From: Candidatus Binatia bacterium | GTDB lineage: Bacteria > Acidobacteriota > Terriglobia > Terriglobales > Acidobacteriaceae | Direction of reading: 5' to 3' | Assembly: GCA_035638375.1 (NCBI GenBank) | Contig: DASRAA010000069.1 | Coordinates: 19,818 to 83,817 of the forward strand | Length of the DNA stretch: 64,000 nt | In this document: piece by piece, positions 49,198 through 58,354 of the stretch | How positions within the stretch are numbered: position 1 is the first letter of the stretch | Layout: the number at the start of each line of letters is the position of its first letter | The notes under the pieces: generated by a model | The model's input: the letters and a program-made list of their open reading frames with translations, nothing else | Databases searched by the model: none | Told to the model about the DNA's origin: nothing | Position numbers and translations under genes: made by a program

Positions 49198-50295
49198 ATG
49201 TCACCCATCGTCAGTCCGTCCAATACCTCTGTCGGCCCTCCTGCTGCCCCTGAGCAGCCGCCCGATTCGCGCACGGCCGCGCGCGGCGACAACCTCGTTC
49301 CCCATATTCTCCTGCAGCTGGAAGATGAACTTGAGCGCTCGCACCGCCGCGAGGCCGCCTGGATCTCCGTCGCCGTCCACCTGTTCGCGGTGATCTTTTT
49401 GCTGCTGTCGCCCAAGATCTTTCCAGGCTCTCGCGGGGTCGTTATCGCCAACCCCGCCGACCTAATGCGCGACAAGCAGCTCACCTATCTCGACCTGCCG
49501 CCCGACGAGCAAACGCCGCCTAAGCAAGTGCGACCGGATGCCAAGCTTTCGGACAAGAACCGCATTGCCGAGAGCCGCCATCCTTCTCTCGACCAGAAAA
49601 CGATTGAAGAACTGCGTAAAGCCGGACCGCCCAAATCTCCCGGACAGCAGGTTCCGCCAAGCCAACCGCCGCAAGCTTCGCCTCAGGGCATTCAAGCGCC
49701 GCCGCAACCCCAGCAGCAGGCGCAGGCTATGCCTCCGGTGGAGCAACCCAAGCTGCCGCTTCCGCAACAGCAGCAAGAGCCCTCAGCGGGAACCGTACCC
49801 GATTTCCGCTCGCTGAACCAAACCGCCGGGCAGCAGATCGCCCAGGCCGCCCGTGCTACTACACCGAGCCGTTCAGCCGGGTCATTCGGCGGAGGTGGCG
49901 CCGGCGGAGATTACGGCGCCGGACGCGGCGGCAGCGCCCGTACAGCGGGCAATCTCGAAGTCCTCAGCGATACCCAGGGCGTGGATTTCGGCCCTTATCT
50001 CTCGCGCGTGCTCCAGGCCGTTCGCATGAACTGGTACAACCTCATTCCTGAAGCGGCCCGTCCACCGCTGCTCGAGCGTGGCAAAGTCTCTATTGAGTTT
50101 GCCATCCTGCCTGACGGTAAGGTCGCCGGCATGCACATTGTCTCGCCCTCAGGAGATGTATCCCTGGATCGCGCTGCCTGGGGAGGCATCACGGCTTCGA
50201 ATCCGTTCGCGCCGCTGCCCAGCGAATTTCACGGACCTTATTTGGCACTGCGTTTCCACTTCTACTACAACCCTGCCAAAGGCGACATCCAGTAG
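49198..50295 (+). CDS. TonB-family energy transducer
   Basis: 365 aa with a TM anchor (AAWISVAVHLFAVIFLLL), a Pro/Gln-rich spacer (PPSQPPQASPQGIQAPPQPQQQ) and a C-terminal TonB-like domain (YLSRVLQAVRMNWYN...GKVSIEFAILPDGKV). Confidence 0.8.
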   Translation: MSPIVSPSNTSVGPPAAPEQPPDSRTAARGDNLVPHILLQLEDELERSHRREAAWISVAVHLFAVIFLLLSPKIFPGSRGVVIANPADLMRDKQLTYLDLPPDEQTPPKQVRPDAKLSDKNRIAESRHPSLDQKTIEELRKAGPPKSPGQQVPPSQPPQASPQGIQAPPQPQQQAQAMPPVEQPKLPLPQQQQEPSAGTVPDFRSLNQTAGQQIAQAARATTPSRSAGSFGGGGAGGDYGAGRGGSARTAGNLEVLSDTQGVDFGPYLSRVLQAVRMNWYNLIPEAARPPLLERGKVSIEFAILPDGKVAGMHIVSPSGDVSLDRAAWGGITASNPFAPLPSEFHGPYLALRFHFYYNPAKGDIQ

Positions 50296-50312
50296 GCAAT
50301 CGGTTCACCGAT

Positions 50313-50355
50313 ATTGGGCGCCCCATTTTTTCCTTCTTTTGGAAAAGGTGGGATC
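50313..50355 (+). repeat. dispersed palindromic repeat family C
   Basis: ATTGGGCGCCCCATTTTTTCCTTCTTTTGGAAAAGGTGGGATC. Confidence 0.75.
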
Positions 50356-50383
50356 AATGAGGCCCACCATCTAAAATGACGAC

Positions 50384-50557
50384 GTGAACCCCGACCTCCT
50401 TTCTGCCCGCAGCCGCCTGCAAAAATCCGATGAATGGTATGACCGCGAGAAGTCACGCGAACGGCTACAGCTGATCGGATTACTAACGATTGCCCTTATC
50501 ATTCTCGCCATCGCTTTTCTTCGCTTCGGTAAGACCATTCCCTGGGGCGTTCGGTAA
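50384..50557 (+). CDS. hypothetical small membrane protein upstream of miaA
   Basis: 57 codons from a GTG start: VNPDLLSARSRLQKSDEWYDREKSRERLQLIGLLTIALIILAIAFLRFGKTIPWGVR. It has one TM helix, and its TAA abuts the miaA ATG (TAAATG). It is below the ORF-track length cutoff. Confidence 0.35.
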   Translation: MNPDLLSARSRLQKSDEWYDREKSRERLQLIGLLTIALIILAIAFLRFGKTIPWGVR

Positions 50558-51511
50558 ATGTCGCCTGAGCTGCTGCTCGTCGTCATCCTTGGCCCCACCG
50601 CATCCGGCAAATCTTCTCTCGCTATTCATCTGGCCGAGCGCTTCTGGGGCGAGATCGTTAGCTGTGACTCGGTCGCCATCTATTGCGATTTCGAAATCGG
50701 CACTGCCAAACCCTCGCGCGAAGAGCGGGCCCGCATCCCGCACCACCTGATCGATGTCGCCCACCCCGGAGAAGCATTCACCGCCGGCGACTATGCCCGG
50801 CAAGCGCGCGCTGCGATTCAGGACATCGCGAACCGAGGTCACTTGCCGATTGTTGTGGGAGGCGCGGGGCTCTACCTCCGTGCTCTGCTCGAAGGCCTAT
50901 TTTCCGGCCCGCAACGCTCCGAAGAGTTACGTCAGCGGTTGCACGCTCGGGCTGGGCTGCGCGGCTTCGGTTACCTGCACCGGATTCTGCAGCACCTCGA
51001 CTTAGCTTCAGCGGCAAAGATCCACCCCAATGACACACCCAAGCTCATCCGTGCCATCGAGGTTCGCTTGAGCGCCCGAAGCCCCATGAGCGAACTGTGG
51101 GAGAAAGGACGCGATCCTCTGCGTGGTTTTCGTATTCTACGTCTCGGCCTCAACCCCTCCCGCGAAGAGCTTTACGCCCGCATCAATCAGCGAGCGGCGA
51201 AGATGTTTGAAGACGGGTTAGTCGCGGAAACCGAGCGGCTGCTGCAGCTCTATGGCGATACACGTGAGGTCACGGCGATGCACTCTTTGGGTTACACGCA
51301 AGCGCGCCAAGTTTTGCGTGACGAGCTGACGCAGGACCAAGCCATTGCCGCTGCCCAGCAAGGGCATCGCAACTACGCCAAGCGCCAGATGACCTGGTTT
51401 CGGCGCGAGGCCGATGTTCACTGGCTCGAAGGTTTCGGCGACGATCCGGCGATTCGCGATCGCGCGACAAAGATGGTTCAGGGCGTACGGAACTTGAAAC
51501 TTGAAACTTGA
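50558..51511 (+). CDS. miaA: tRNA dimethylallyltransferase
   Basis: P-loop GPTASGKS, DSVAIY, and the HHLID and GGAGLYLRAL motifs. The last six codons (NLKLET) plus the stop lie in a heptamer array. Confidence 0.96.
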   Translation: MSPELLLVVILGPTASGKSSLAIHLAERFWGEIVSCDSVAIYCDFEIGTAKPSREERARIPHHLIDVAHPGEAFTAGDYARQARAAIQDIANRGHLPIVVGGAGLYLRALLEGLFSGPQRSEELRQRLHARAGLRGFGYLHRILQHLDLASAAKIHPNDTPKLIRAIEVRLSARSPMSELWEKGRDPLRGFRILRLGLNPSREELYARINQRAAKMFEDGLVAETERLLQLYGDTREVTAMHSLGYTQARQVLRDELTQDQAIAAAQQGHRNYAKRQMTWFRREADVHWLEGFGDDPAIRDRATKMVQGVRNLKLET

Positions 51512-51518
51512 AACTAGT
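51491..51518. repeat. heptamer tandem array (4 units)
   Basis: AACTTGA AACTTGA AACTTGA AACTAGT. TGA falls in all three plus-strand frames, and the third TGA (51509-51511) is the miaA stop. Confidence 0.85.
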
Positions 51519-51538
51519 GTTCGTGCTATCGTCTCAGC

Positions 51539-53443
51539 GTGATGCCCCGCCGCTTTCTGAATCTGCAGGTCTTCGCGCTACTGTTCACGGCGGTCGCGTT
51601 CCCCGCCAGCAAGCCCATTTACCACACGCCCGGTCCGGTTCGCATGGATAAGTCCGGTGAGAAATGGGCGCAAAAGACGCTCAAGAAGATGACTCTGGAG
51701 CAGAAGATAGGCCAGATGTTCATGATCTGGTCGCATGCCCAGTTCCTGAACGTCAAGAATCCCGAGTATCTGGCATGGAGTAACGCTCTGCATAAATACC
51801 ATCTCGGCGGCTTTGGCCTGACCGTCGAGTACGAAGACGGCTTCCTCTACAAGAACGAGCCCCTCGAAGCTGCCATGGTCACCAATCAACTCCAGCAGCA
51901 AGCCGAGTTTCCATTGTTGTTTGCCGCCGATTTCGAGCGCGGCCTCGGCATGCGTCTGAATGATGTCACCGACTTTCCCCACGCGATGGCCTTCGGCGCC
52001 GCCGGTAACGTGGAACTCGCCCGCCAGTCGGGGCGCATCACCGCGATGGAAGCTCGCGCCATCGGGGTGCAATGGAACTGGTTCCCCGACGTTGATGTGA
52101 ACTCCAATCCCGATAACCCGGTCATCAACACCCGTTCTTTCGGTGAAGATCCTGCGCTGGTTAGTGAGATGGCCGCCGCCTACATCGCGGGCGCCCACGA
52201 GTCCGGGATGCTGACCACCGCCAAGCATTTTCCGGGACATGGTGATACCGATACCGATTCACACCTTGCCGTACCGCTCATTAAGAACGACCGACAGCGA
52301 CTGAACACAGTCGAACTGCCGCCGTTCGAAGCCGCAATCAAGGCTGGTGTAGATGCCGTGCTGGTGGCTCACGTGCTTGTGCCCGCGCTTGACCCCGATC
52401 CTAATCATGTTGCATCCATCTCTCCTGCTATTGTCACCGGGTTGTTGGAACAGCAAATGGGCTTTCACGGACTCATCGTGACTGATGCGCTGCAAATGCA
52501 GGGATTGATGAAGCTCTACTCCGGAGAGGCGGCGGCGTCTGCGCGGGCGGCCGTCGACGCACTCAAAGCTGGAAACGATGTGCTGTTAATTCCTGCCGAT
52601 ATTGATGCAGCCTACAACGGCGTCCTCAACGCCGTTCGCAGTGGCGAAATACCCGAGTCCCGGATCGACCAATCGGTGCTGAAAATCCTGAAAGCTAAGG
52701 CATCGGTCGGCTTGAATAAAGCTCGTCTGGTCGATATCAACGCGGTTTCCCAGGTGATTGCCAAGCCCGAAAGCCTGCTTGCAGCCCAAAAGGTGGCCGA
52801 CAGCTCGGTGACGCTCGTTCGCAACAATAAGCAAGTATTGCCTTTGCAGCGAGTTCGGCCGGGAACCGTTCCCGCTTCGGCTGCGTATCACCCAGCAGCA
52901 GATCCGGGGCGTTGGGATGTGTTGCTCATCTTCAGCGACGACAGCCGAACGGAGTCGGGACGAGCGCTGGAGCAGCAGGTTCGGCGCCGCATTCCCAATC
53001 TGCGCGTCATATACATCGACACCCGCAGCGCCGCGGGTCTCACCGCGCCAGTGCTCGATGCCGTGAAGAAGGCGGGCAAAGTGATTGTCGCCGTGTATGA
53101 GGTTCCAGTCGCGGGCAAGATGGTGGCCGAAACGCCAGGGGACGGCAACACAGTAGGGGTTCAAAGCGCTCCGGCGCAATTGCTGCGGCAGGTTTTGCAG
53201 GTGGCCGCCGAGAAAACCGTCGTGGCCGCCCTGGGAAGCCCGTACATCATTGCGCAGTTTCCCGAGATTCAGACGTACTTATGCACGTACTCGAATATGA
53301 AGGTATCGGAAGTCAGCGCCGTAAAAGCCTTGTTTGGCGAAATCGCGATCAGTGGACGCCTGCCGGTAACCATACCGAACATCACCGAACGGGGCGCCGG
53401 ACTCGATAGCCCTGCACAGCGCCTCAATGGAGGATCGCAATGA
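51539..53443 (+). CDS. glycoside hydrolase family 3 (beta-N-acetylhexosaminidase / beta-glucosidase-like)
   Basis: 634 aa with a signal peptide and the GH3 N-domain motifs KIGQMFM and KHFPGHGDTDTDSH, followed by a C-terminal alpha/beta sandwich domain. Confidence 0.88.
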   Translation: MMPRRFLNLQVFALLFTAVAFPASKPIYHTPGPVRMDKSGEKWAQKTLKKMTLEQKIGQMFMIWSHAQFLNVKNPEYLAWSNALHKYHLGGFGLTVEYEDGFLYKNEPLEAAMVTNQLQQQAEFPLLFAADFERGLGMRLNDVTDFPHAMAFGAAGNVELARQSGRITAMEARAIGVQWNWFPDVDVNSNPDNPVINTRSFGEDPALVSEMAAAYIAGAHESGMLTTAKHFPGHGDTDTDSHLAVPLIKNDRQRLNTVELPPFEAAIKAGVDAVLVAHVLVPALDPDPNHVASISPAIVTGLLEQQMGFHGLIVTDALQMQGLMKLYSGEAAASARAAVDALKAGNDVLLIPADIDAAYNGVLNAVRSGEIPESRIDQSVLKILKAKASVGLNKARLVDINAVSQVIAKPESLLAAQKVADSSVTLVRNNKQVLPLQRVRPGTVPASAAYHPAADPGRWDVLLIFSDDSRTESGRALEQQVRRRIPNLRVIYIDTRSAAGLTAPVLDAVKKAGKVIVAVYEVPVAGKMVAETPGDGNTVGVQSAPAQLLRQVLQVAAEKTVVAALGSPYIIAQFPEIQTYLCTYSNMKVSEVSAVKALFGEIAISGRLPVTIPNITERGAGLDSPAQRLNGGSQ

Positions 53444-54021
53444 AATCCCGTATTAAGTTCCTCGCAACCGCATTTACGTTTGGCGCCATGTTGCTTCTAG
53501 TTTCGGCCTGCTCGATCAAGGTTGATGACAAAGACAAGGAAGCCAAGAAGGTCGACATCCAGACGCCGCTGGCTAGCCTCAAGGTAGATACCAGCCCTGC
53601 CTCGACCGACAACGGCATTCCGGTTTACCCGGGTGCCAAACCCCGGCCTGCCGAGAATGGCGATAGCCATCGTGCCAACGTGAACATTGGCGGCATCGGT
53701 TTTGGTATCAAAGTGATCGCCGCCGAATTTGTGACTCCCGACCCACCGGACAAGGTAAAAGCCTTCTATCTGGAGAAGCTGGCTCAATATGGGAAGGTGC
53801 TCGAATGCAAAGGTACTGGTGGTGAGCACCACGACCACGGCGACTGGAACAGCGAGGAAGCCGACAAGCCGGTTTCTTGCGGAGGTGAGAGCGGTGAAGG
53901 TTGGGAACTCAAGACCGGTACCAATCGCAACCAACACCTCGTCGCCATCAAGCCGGATGGCTCGGGCACGCGGTTTGGCACGGTTTACATCAACATCCAC
54001 GGCAAAGAGGGCACGATCTAA
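53440..54021 (+). CDS. hypothetical lipoprotein
   Basis: 193 aa with the lipobox LLLVSAC. There is an ATGA overlap with the GH3 gene. Confidence 0.6.
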   Translation: MKSRIKFLATAFTFGAMLLLVSACSIKVDDKDKEAKKVDIQTPLASLKVDTSPASTDNGIPVYPGAKPRPAENGDSHRANVNIGGIGFGIKVIAAEFVTPDPPDKVKAFYLEKLAQYGKVLECKGTGGEHHDHGDWNSEEADKPVSCGGESGEGWELKTGTNRNQHLVAIKPDGSGTRFGTVYINIHGKEGTI

Positions 54022-54271
54022 GAGTGAAATGAGGAGTGTATGCCGGATTCACAACAGTTCTTAGAGAGCACTGGTTGAGTTTGGTCGTCGGTGTTCCAAC
54101 TGCGATGTATGCGGCATGGATTGCATCAGGTTGTGCCGGAGGGCGTAAGGGCTGTGGTGCCGGCTATGGTCCGGGCGGTTATCGGCAAATAAGACCAGCA
54201 AGGTCTTAGGTCCGGACTTCTGTTTCGGACTACTAGCCACCAACCGCTGCCGCCTGTTAACTTCAAACGCA

Positions 54272-54952
54272 GTGGATCACCTCTGCTACAAGTGTCAGAC
54301 ATCCATCGACGAGAGCCTTCCCTTCTGCCCTCACTGTGGCGCACCGCAGATTCGCGTCGCTAGTCCCGAAGAGCAACCATCAGAATCACAACCATCGCCA
54401 GTCCCGCAAGCCGCTTCGGCTCCATGGACGTATGGCGCCGGGGCTTATCCAGCGCGTGCGGTGCAGTGGCAATTTGCATGGAAGGGCGCGCTGCTCACTG
54501 GGCTGATAGCCGCTGTCCTCACCGCCATTCCGTATGTAGGGTTCGGCTGCTGCCTTTGGATGCTTAGCACCGGAGCTCTAGCAGTTGGCTTGTATCAACG
54601 CCGAGTGCCCGGAGTTTACGTTACTCCAGGAATGGGCATGCGGATTGGCGCTCTGTCGGGCACCATCGCCTTCGTTGTCACCACCTTCTGGAGCGTCTAC
54701 GAATTCGCAAGAGACAATCAGCAGTTCCGCTCGATCTTTACCGAACAGATGGAGAAGACGATCTCGTCCAACCCTGATCCCCGTGCTCAGGAAATCATGC
54801 GGCAGTTTGTGAACAACCTGAATACCCCTGAGGGACTGGCAACCTTTTTCGTGATCATCCTAATCATCATGGCAATCGTCTTCGTCATTTTCAGTGCCGC
54901 CGGAGGAGCACTCGGCGCATCGATGTTCGCCCGCCGTCAGGGTCTGCGATAG
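54272..54952 (+). CDS. zinc-ribbon membrane protein (hypothetical)
   Basis: The N-terminus has CYKC...CPHCG (a four-Cys ribbon), followed by four TM helices. The start codon is GTG. Confidence 0.6.
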   Translation: MDHLCYKCQTSIDESLPFCPHCGAPQIRVASPEEQPSESQPSPVPQAASAPWTYGAGAYPARAVQWQFAWKGALLTGLIAAVLTAIPYVGFGCCLWMLSTGALAVGLYQRRVPGVYVTPGMGMRIGALSGTIAFVVTTFWSVYEFARDNQQFRSIFTEQMEKTISSNPDPRAQEIMRQFVNNLNTPEGLATFFVIILIIMAIVFVIFSAAGGALGASMFARRQGLR

Positions 54953-55038
54953 CCGCGATATCATTCGCACACACATTCGACTTTCACTTGCTCGCTCCGG
55001 TGGGCTGCGATACTTTAACTATCTTTGGAATCGAGTCC

Positions 55039-56790
55039 ATGCCCTTCATTTCTCGCCGCAACTTCCTATCTACTGCTGCGCGCAGCGCCGCGGTCATTAC
55101 TGCCGGATCCTTCCTGGTAATTGAATCTGCGAGGCCGCAAGCAACAACCGCAGCAAAATCACCAACCGACCGGGCACTCGATCAGTTCATCGAGTTTTAC
55201 ATGAAAGCGATGAACTCTCCCGGCCTGACGCTTGGAGTCGCCAATCGCGCCGGAACGGTTCGCGCGGCGAGCTTTGGATTCAGCAACCCAGGACTAAAGC
55301 TGGCGGTTGAGCCGAGCATGCTGTTTCACATCGGTTCGATCACAAAATCGTTCGTGGCACTCATGCTGTTGCAGTTGCATGAGGAAGGCAAACTCGATCT
55401 GCACACGCCTGTACTGGACTATCTGCCGTGGCTGCCGATCGTTACCACGTACGGCCCGATATCGACCCACGACCTGCTGACCCATACTTCGGGACTGCCA
55501 AACGCGTTGCAGTTGATCCCGTCCGATCCATCTACCCGTTACCGCCAAGCGTGGAAGCCGGGCGAGCGTTTCTACTATTGCAATCTCGGGTTTGACATCC
55601 TGGGCATTTTGATCGAAGCACTCGACGGACGGACCTGGCCCGCGGCACTTCGAGCGCGAATTCTGGAACCGCTGGGAATGAGCGCAACCTCTCCGGTCAT
55701 TACCAATGCGATTCGGCCGCGAACTGCAGAAAGCTGGGTGCCGTATTTCGAAGATCGGCCTTACCCGAGGATGGGCCGACTCGCGGCTGCCGCAAATCTG
55801 CAGTTTGACGATGCTGCCGGAAGTATTGCTTCCACGCCTGGGGACATGACGCTATACATGCAGATGCTGCTCAATCGCGGGCATGGTACGCATGCGCGCA
55901 TTGTCTCGCCGGAAAGCTTCGCGCTCATGTCGAAGCCGTGGATCAAAGCTGAGGAATTCGGCCCTGATGCCAGCTACGGTTATGGAATCGCAGTTGAGAC
56001 AGTCGACGGCCACACCATCCTCCGCCACACGGGCGGAATGGCTTCGTTCATGTCGGCCTTGTATCTCGATCTTGACGCAGGCGTCGGTGCCTTCTCTTCG
56101 ATTAACGCTCAGCAGGGGTATCGACCGACTCTGGTCTCGCAGTACGCGGTGCAACTGATGGCGGCTAGCGCCGCCGGCAAGCCTGCTCCCAAACCACCTG
56201 AAAACACTGATCCCAAATTCGTCAAAAACGCCGCGGATTATGTCGGGACCTATACCTCTCCTGACGGCAAAGAGATCGAAATTACCGCAGACAGCTCGCT
56301 CGTGGCCGTAGTGCAGGGCCAACCGATCACCCTGCAGCGCACGAGCGGGGACCACTTCGCCGCGGTCGATCCTCAACTCTCCCGATTTCTTTTCGTGTTC
56401 GGCCGGGCCAAGACAGATACAGCGAATAAACCGGTCCGCGAGAAGCCCAAAGCTGCGCCTGTGGTCGAGTTGGTCTACGGCAGCGGATGGTACACGAACT
56501 CTAGATACACGGGACCGAAGAGCTTCCCTGCTGCACCCGAATATGGCGCATTGACCGGAACCTATTTAGGTGCTGGAGGCTTCGAGGGTACCCAGACGGA
56601 CATCTTCATCATTAAAGGTCAGCTCTGCGCGGATGGCGAGACCATGCTCGAGCGCATCGGCGACTACGAGTTCCGTCCCACAGAAGACGCTCCTAATCCG
56701 GAGCGCATCGAGTTTCATTTCATCGCTAACGGCAAAGCGCGACTGATGAAGTTCAGTGGGCAGGATTTCTTCCGCTTCGAGGGCGAATAG
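55039..56790 (+). CDS. serine hydrolase of the beta-lactamase / penicillin-binding family
   Basis: Tat-like signal (SRRNFLSTAARSAAV), SxxK active-site motif (GSITKSF) and a C-terminal extra domain. I moved the start to ATG 55039. Confidence 0.85.
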   Translation: MPFISRRNFLSTAARSAAVITAGSFLVIESARPQATTAAKSPTDRALDQFIEFYMKAMNSPGLTLGVANRAGTVRAASFGFSNPGLKLAVEPSMLFHIGSITKSFVALMLLQLHEEGKLDLHTPVLDYLPWLPIVTTYGPISTHDLLTHTSGLPNALQLIPSDPSTRYRQAWKPGERFYYCNLGFDILGILIEALDGRTWPAALRARILEPLGMSATSPVITNAIRPRTAESWVPYFEDRPYPRMGRLAAAANLQFDDAAGSIASTPGDMTLYMQMLLNRGHGTHARIVSPESFALMSKPWIKAEEFGPDASYGYGIAVETVDGHTILRHTGGMASFMSALYLDLDAGVGAFSSINAQQGYRPTLVSQYAVQLMAASAAGKPAPKPPENTDPKFVKNAADYVGTYTSPDGKEIEITADSSLVAVVQGQPITLQRTSGDHFAAVDPQLSRFLFVFGRAKTDTANKPVREKPKAAPVVELVYGSGWYTNSRYTGPKSFPAAPEYGALTGTYLGAGGFEGTQTDIFIIKGQLCADGETMLERIGDYEFRPTEDAPNPERIEFHFIANGKARLMKFSGQDFFRFEGE

Positions 56791-56797
56791 ACTGCAC

Positions 56798-56835
56798 GGG
56801 CAACCCTGTCACAGGGATGTGTGATGTAGTTGCCC
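56798..56835 (+). promoter_or_regulatory. nested hairpin in the pyrR leader
   Basis: GGGCAAC (56798-56804) pairs with GTTGCCC (56829-56835) and encloses CCCTG-tca-CAGGG. No T-tract follows, and the canonical PyrR box (UCCAGAGAGG) is not seen. Confidence 0.25.
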
Positions 56836-56867
56836 CTGCCCAGACCGATTCCGTATCATCCCTAAGA

Positions 56868-57446
56868 ATGTCCAAAGCCACCCGACCCAATCACCTGCGC
56901 GAGAAGGGACAGATCATGTCCGCCTCAGAGATCGAGCGCACCATGGTTCGCCTCGCGCACGAAGTCGTCGAGAAGAACAATGGCGCCGAGAATCTCGGGC
57001 TGGTCGGCATCATGCGTCGTGGCGTCCCATTGGCGCAGCGTCTGGCGAAGATCCTCAATCGCATTGAGAAAACCGAAGTTCCCGTCGGTACGCTGGACAT
57101 CACCCTGTACCGGGATGACCTGACGACGGTGGGTCATCGTCCTGAAGTCCGGCCGGGAAAGATGGAATTTAACATTCAAGACAAGAACATCATTCTCGTG
57201 GACGACGTGCTCTACACCGGACGCACCACGCGTGCCGCACTCGATGCGCTATTCGATCACGGGCGCCCACGGCGAATACAGCTGCTTGTTCTGATCGACC
57301 GTGGTTATCGCGAGCTGCCGATCGAAGCACAATTCGTCGGCCGCAAGATTGAAACCGCTGCCAACGAACTCGTCGAAGTCAGACTCAAGGAAACCGACAG
57401 CGCCGAAAAGGTGCTGCTGGCCGAGCTTCTTCCCGAGGGGCAATGA
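56868..57446 (+). CDS. pyrR: bifunctional pyrimidine operon regulator / uracil phosphoribosyltransferase
   Basis: IERTMVRLAHEVVE and the PRPP loop ILVDDVLYTGRTTRAA. I moved the start to ATG 56868. Confidence 0.92.
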   Translation: MSKATRPNHLREKGQIMSASEIERTMVRLAHEVVEKNNGAENLGLVGIMRRGVPLAQRLAKILNRIEKTEVPVGTLDITLYRDDLTTVGHRPEVRPGKMEFNIQDKNIILVDDVLYTGRTTRAALDALFDHGRPRRIQLLVLIDRGYRELPIEAQFVGRKIETAANELVEVRLKETDSAEKVLLAELLPEGQ

Positions 57447-58354
57447 AGCCGCACGGACGGTCTCTTCTCGGCACTGATCAACTCACCGTTTCCGAGATCG
57501 AAGCCCTCCTTGAGCTGGCGCGCCGGATGGATCCCAAGCGACCGCCTCAGTTCCTGCGCGGCAAACGTGTAGTTCTGCTGTTCTACGAGCCATCTACACG
57601 GACGCGGACATCGTTTGAGTTCGCGGCCAAAGCACTGGGAGCGGTGACGACCCTTATCACGGCAAACTCTTCCAGCATTGAGAAGGGCGAGTCGCTCATC
57701 GATACCGGGTGGACGGTCACCTCGCTGGGCGCTGACGTAATCGTGATGCGCCATCCGAATAGCGGTGCGCCGTATCTTCTCTCGCGTTTTATTCCCGTGC
57801 CTATCGTGAATGCAGGTGACGGCCTGCACCAGCACCCCTCGCAGGCGCTGCTGGACGCACTGACCATCACGAACCACAAGCAGAGGCTTAAAGGACTGCG
57901 TGTCGTGATTGTTGGCGACATTTTTCACAGTCGCGTGGCCCGCTCGAATGCGCTGCTGCTGTCGAAATGCGGCGCACAGGTGGTTTTTTGCGGACCTCCC
58001 GATCTGGCGCCCGACCTGTCGGCCACGATCGCGCCCGGAGTGAAAGTCAGCCGCAATCTCGACCGCGCGCTTCAGGGGGCTGACGTAGTCATGTCGCTGC
58101 GCATTCAGAAAGAGCGCCTTGCCGGTAAACAGATCGGCCTGGAGGATTACATCTGCAATTTCCAGATCACTCCGCAACGCATGAAGCTCGCCAAGCCCGA
58201 TGCCATCGTTATGCATCCCGGCCCCATTGTGCGCGGGCTGGAGCTGTCGAATGAGGTGGCTGACGGTCCGCAGTCATGCGTGCACGAACAGGTCGCCAAC
58301 GGAGTCAAGACACGGATGGCCATTCTGGCAACCGTGCTGAAAGGAGCGCGATGA
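57443..58354 (+). CDS. pyrB: aspartate carbamoyltransferase catalytic subunit
   Basis: EPSTRTRTSFE, HQHPSQALLD and HPGP. There is an ATGA overlap with pyrR. Confidence 0.97.
   Translation: MKPHGRSLLGTDQLTVSEIEALLELARRMDPKRPPQFLRGKRVVLLFYEPSTRTRTSFEFAAKALGAVTTLITANSSSIEKGESLIDTGWTVTSLGADVIVMRHPNSGAPYLLSRFIPVPIVNAGDGLHQHPSQALLDALTITNHKQRLKGLRVVIVGDIFHSRVARSNALLLSKCGAQVVFCGPPDLAPDLSATIAPGVKVSRNLDRALQGADVVMSLRIQKERLAGKQIGLEDYICNFQITPQRMKLAKPDAIVMHPGPIVRGLELSNEVADGPQSCVHEQVANGVKTRMAILATVLKGAR

Noticed and set aside
57305-58216. 303-aa minus-strand ORF
   Set aside because: It is antisense to pyrB.
58276-58350. Upstream start for pyrC given by the ORF track
   Set aside because: The extension lies inside pyrB in another frame. 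The ATG at 58351 gives the canonical MKT...GGRVIDP N-terminus and an ATGA overlap with pyrB.
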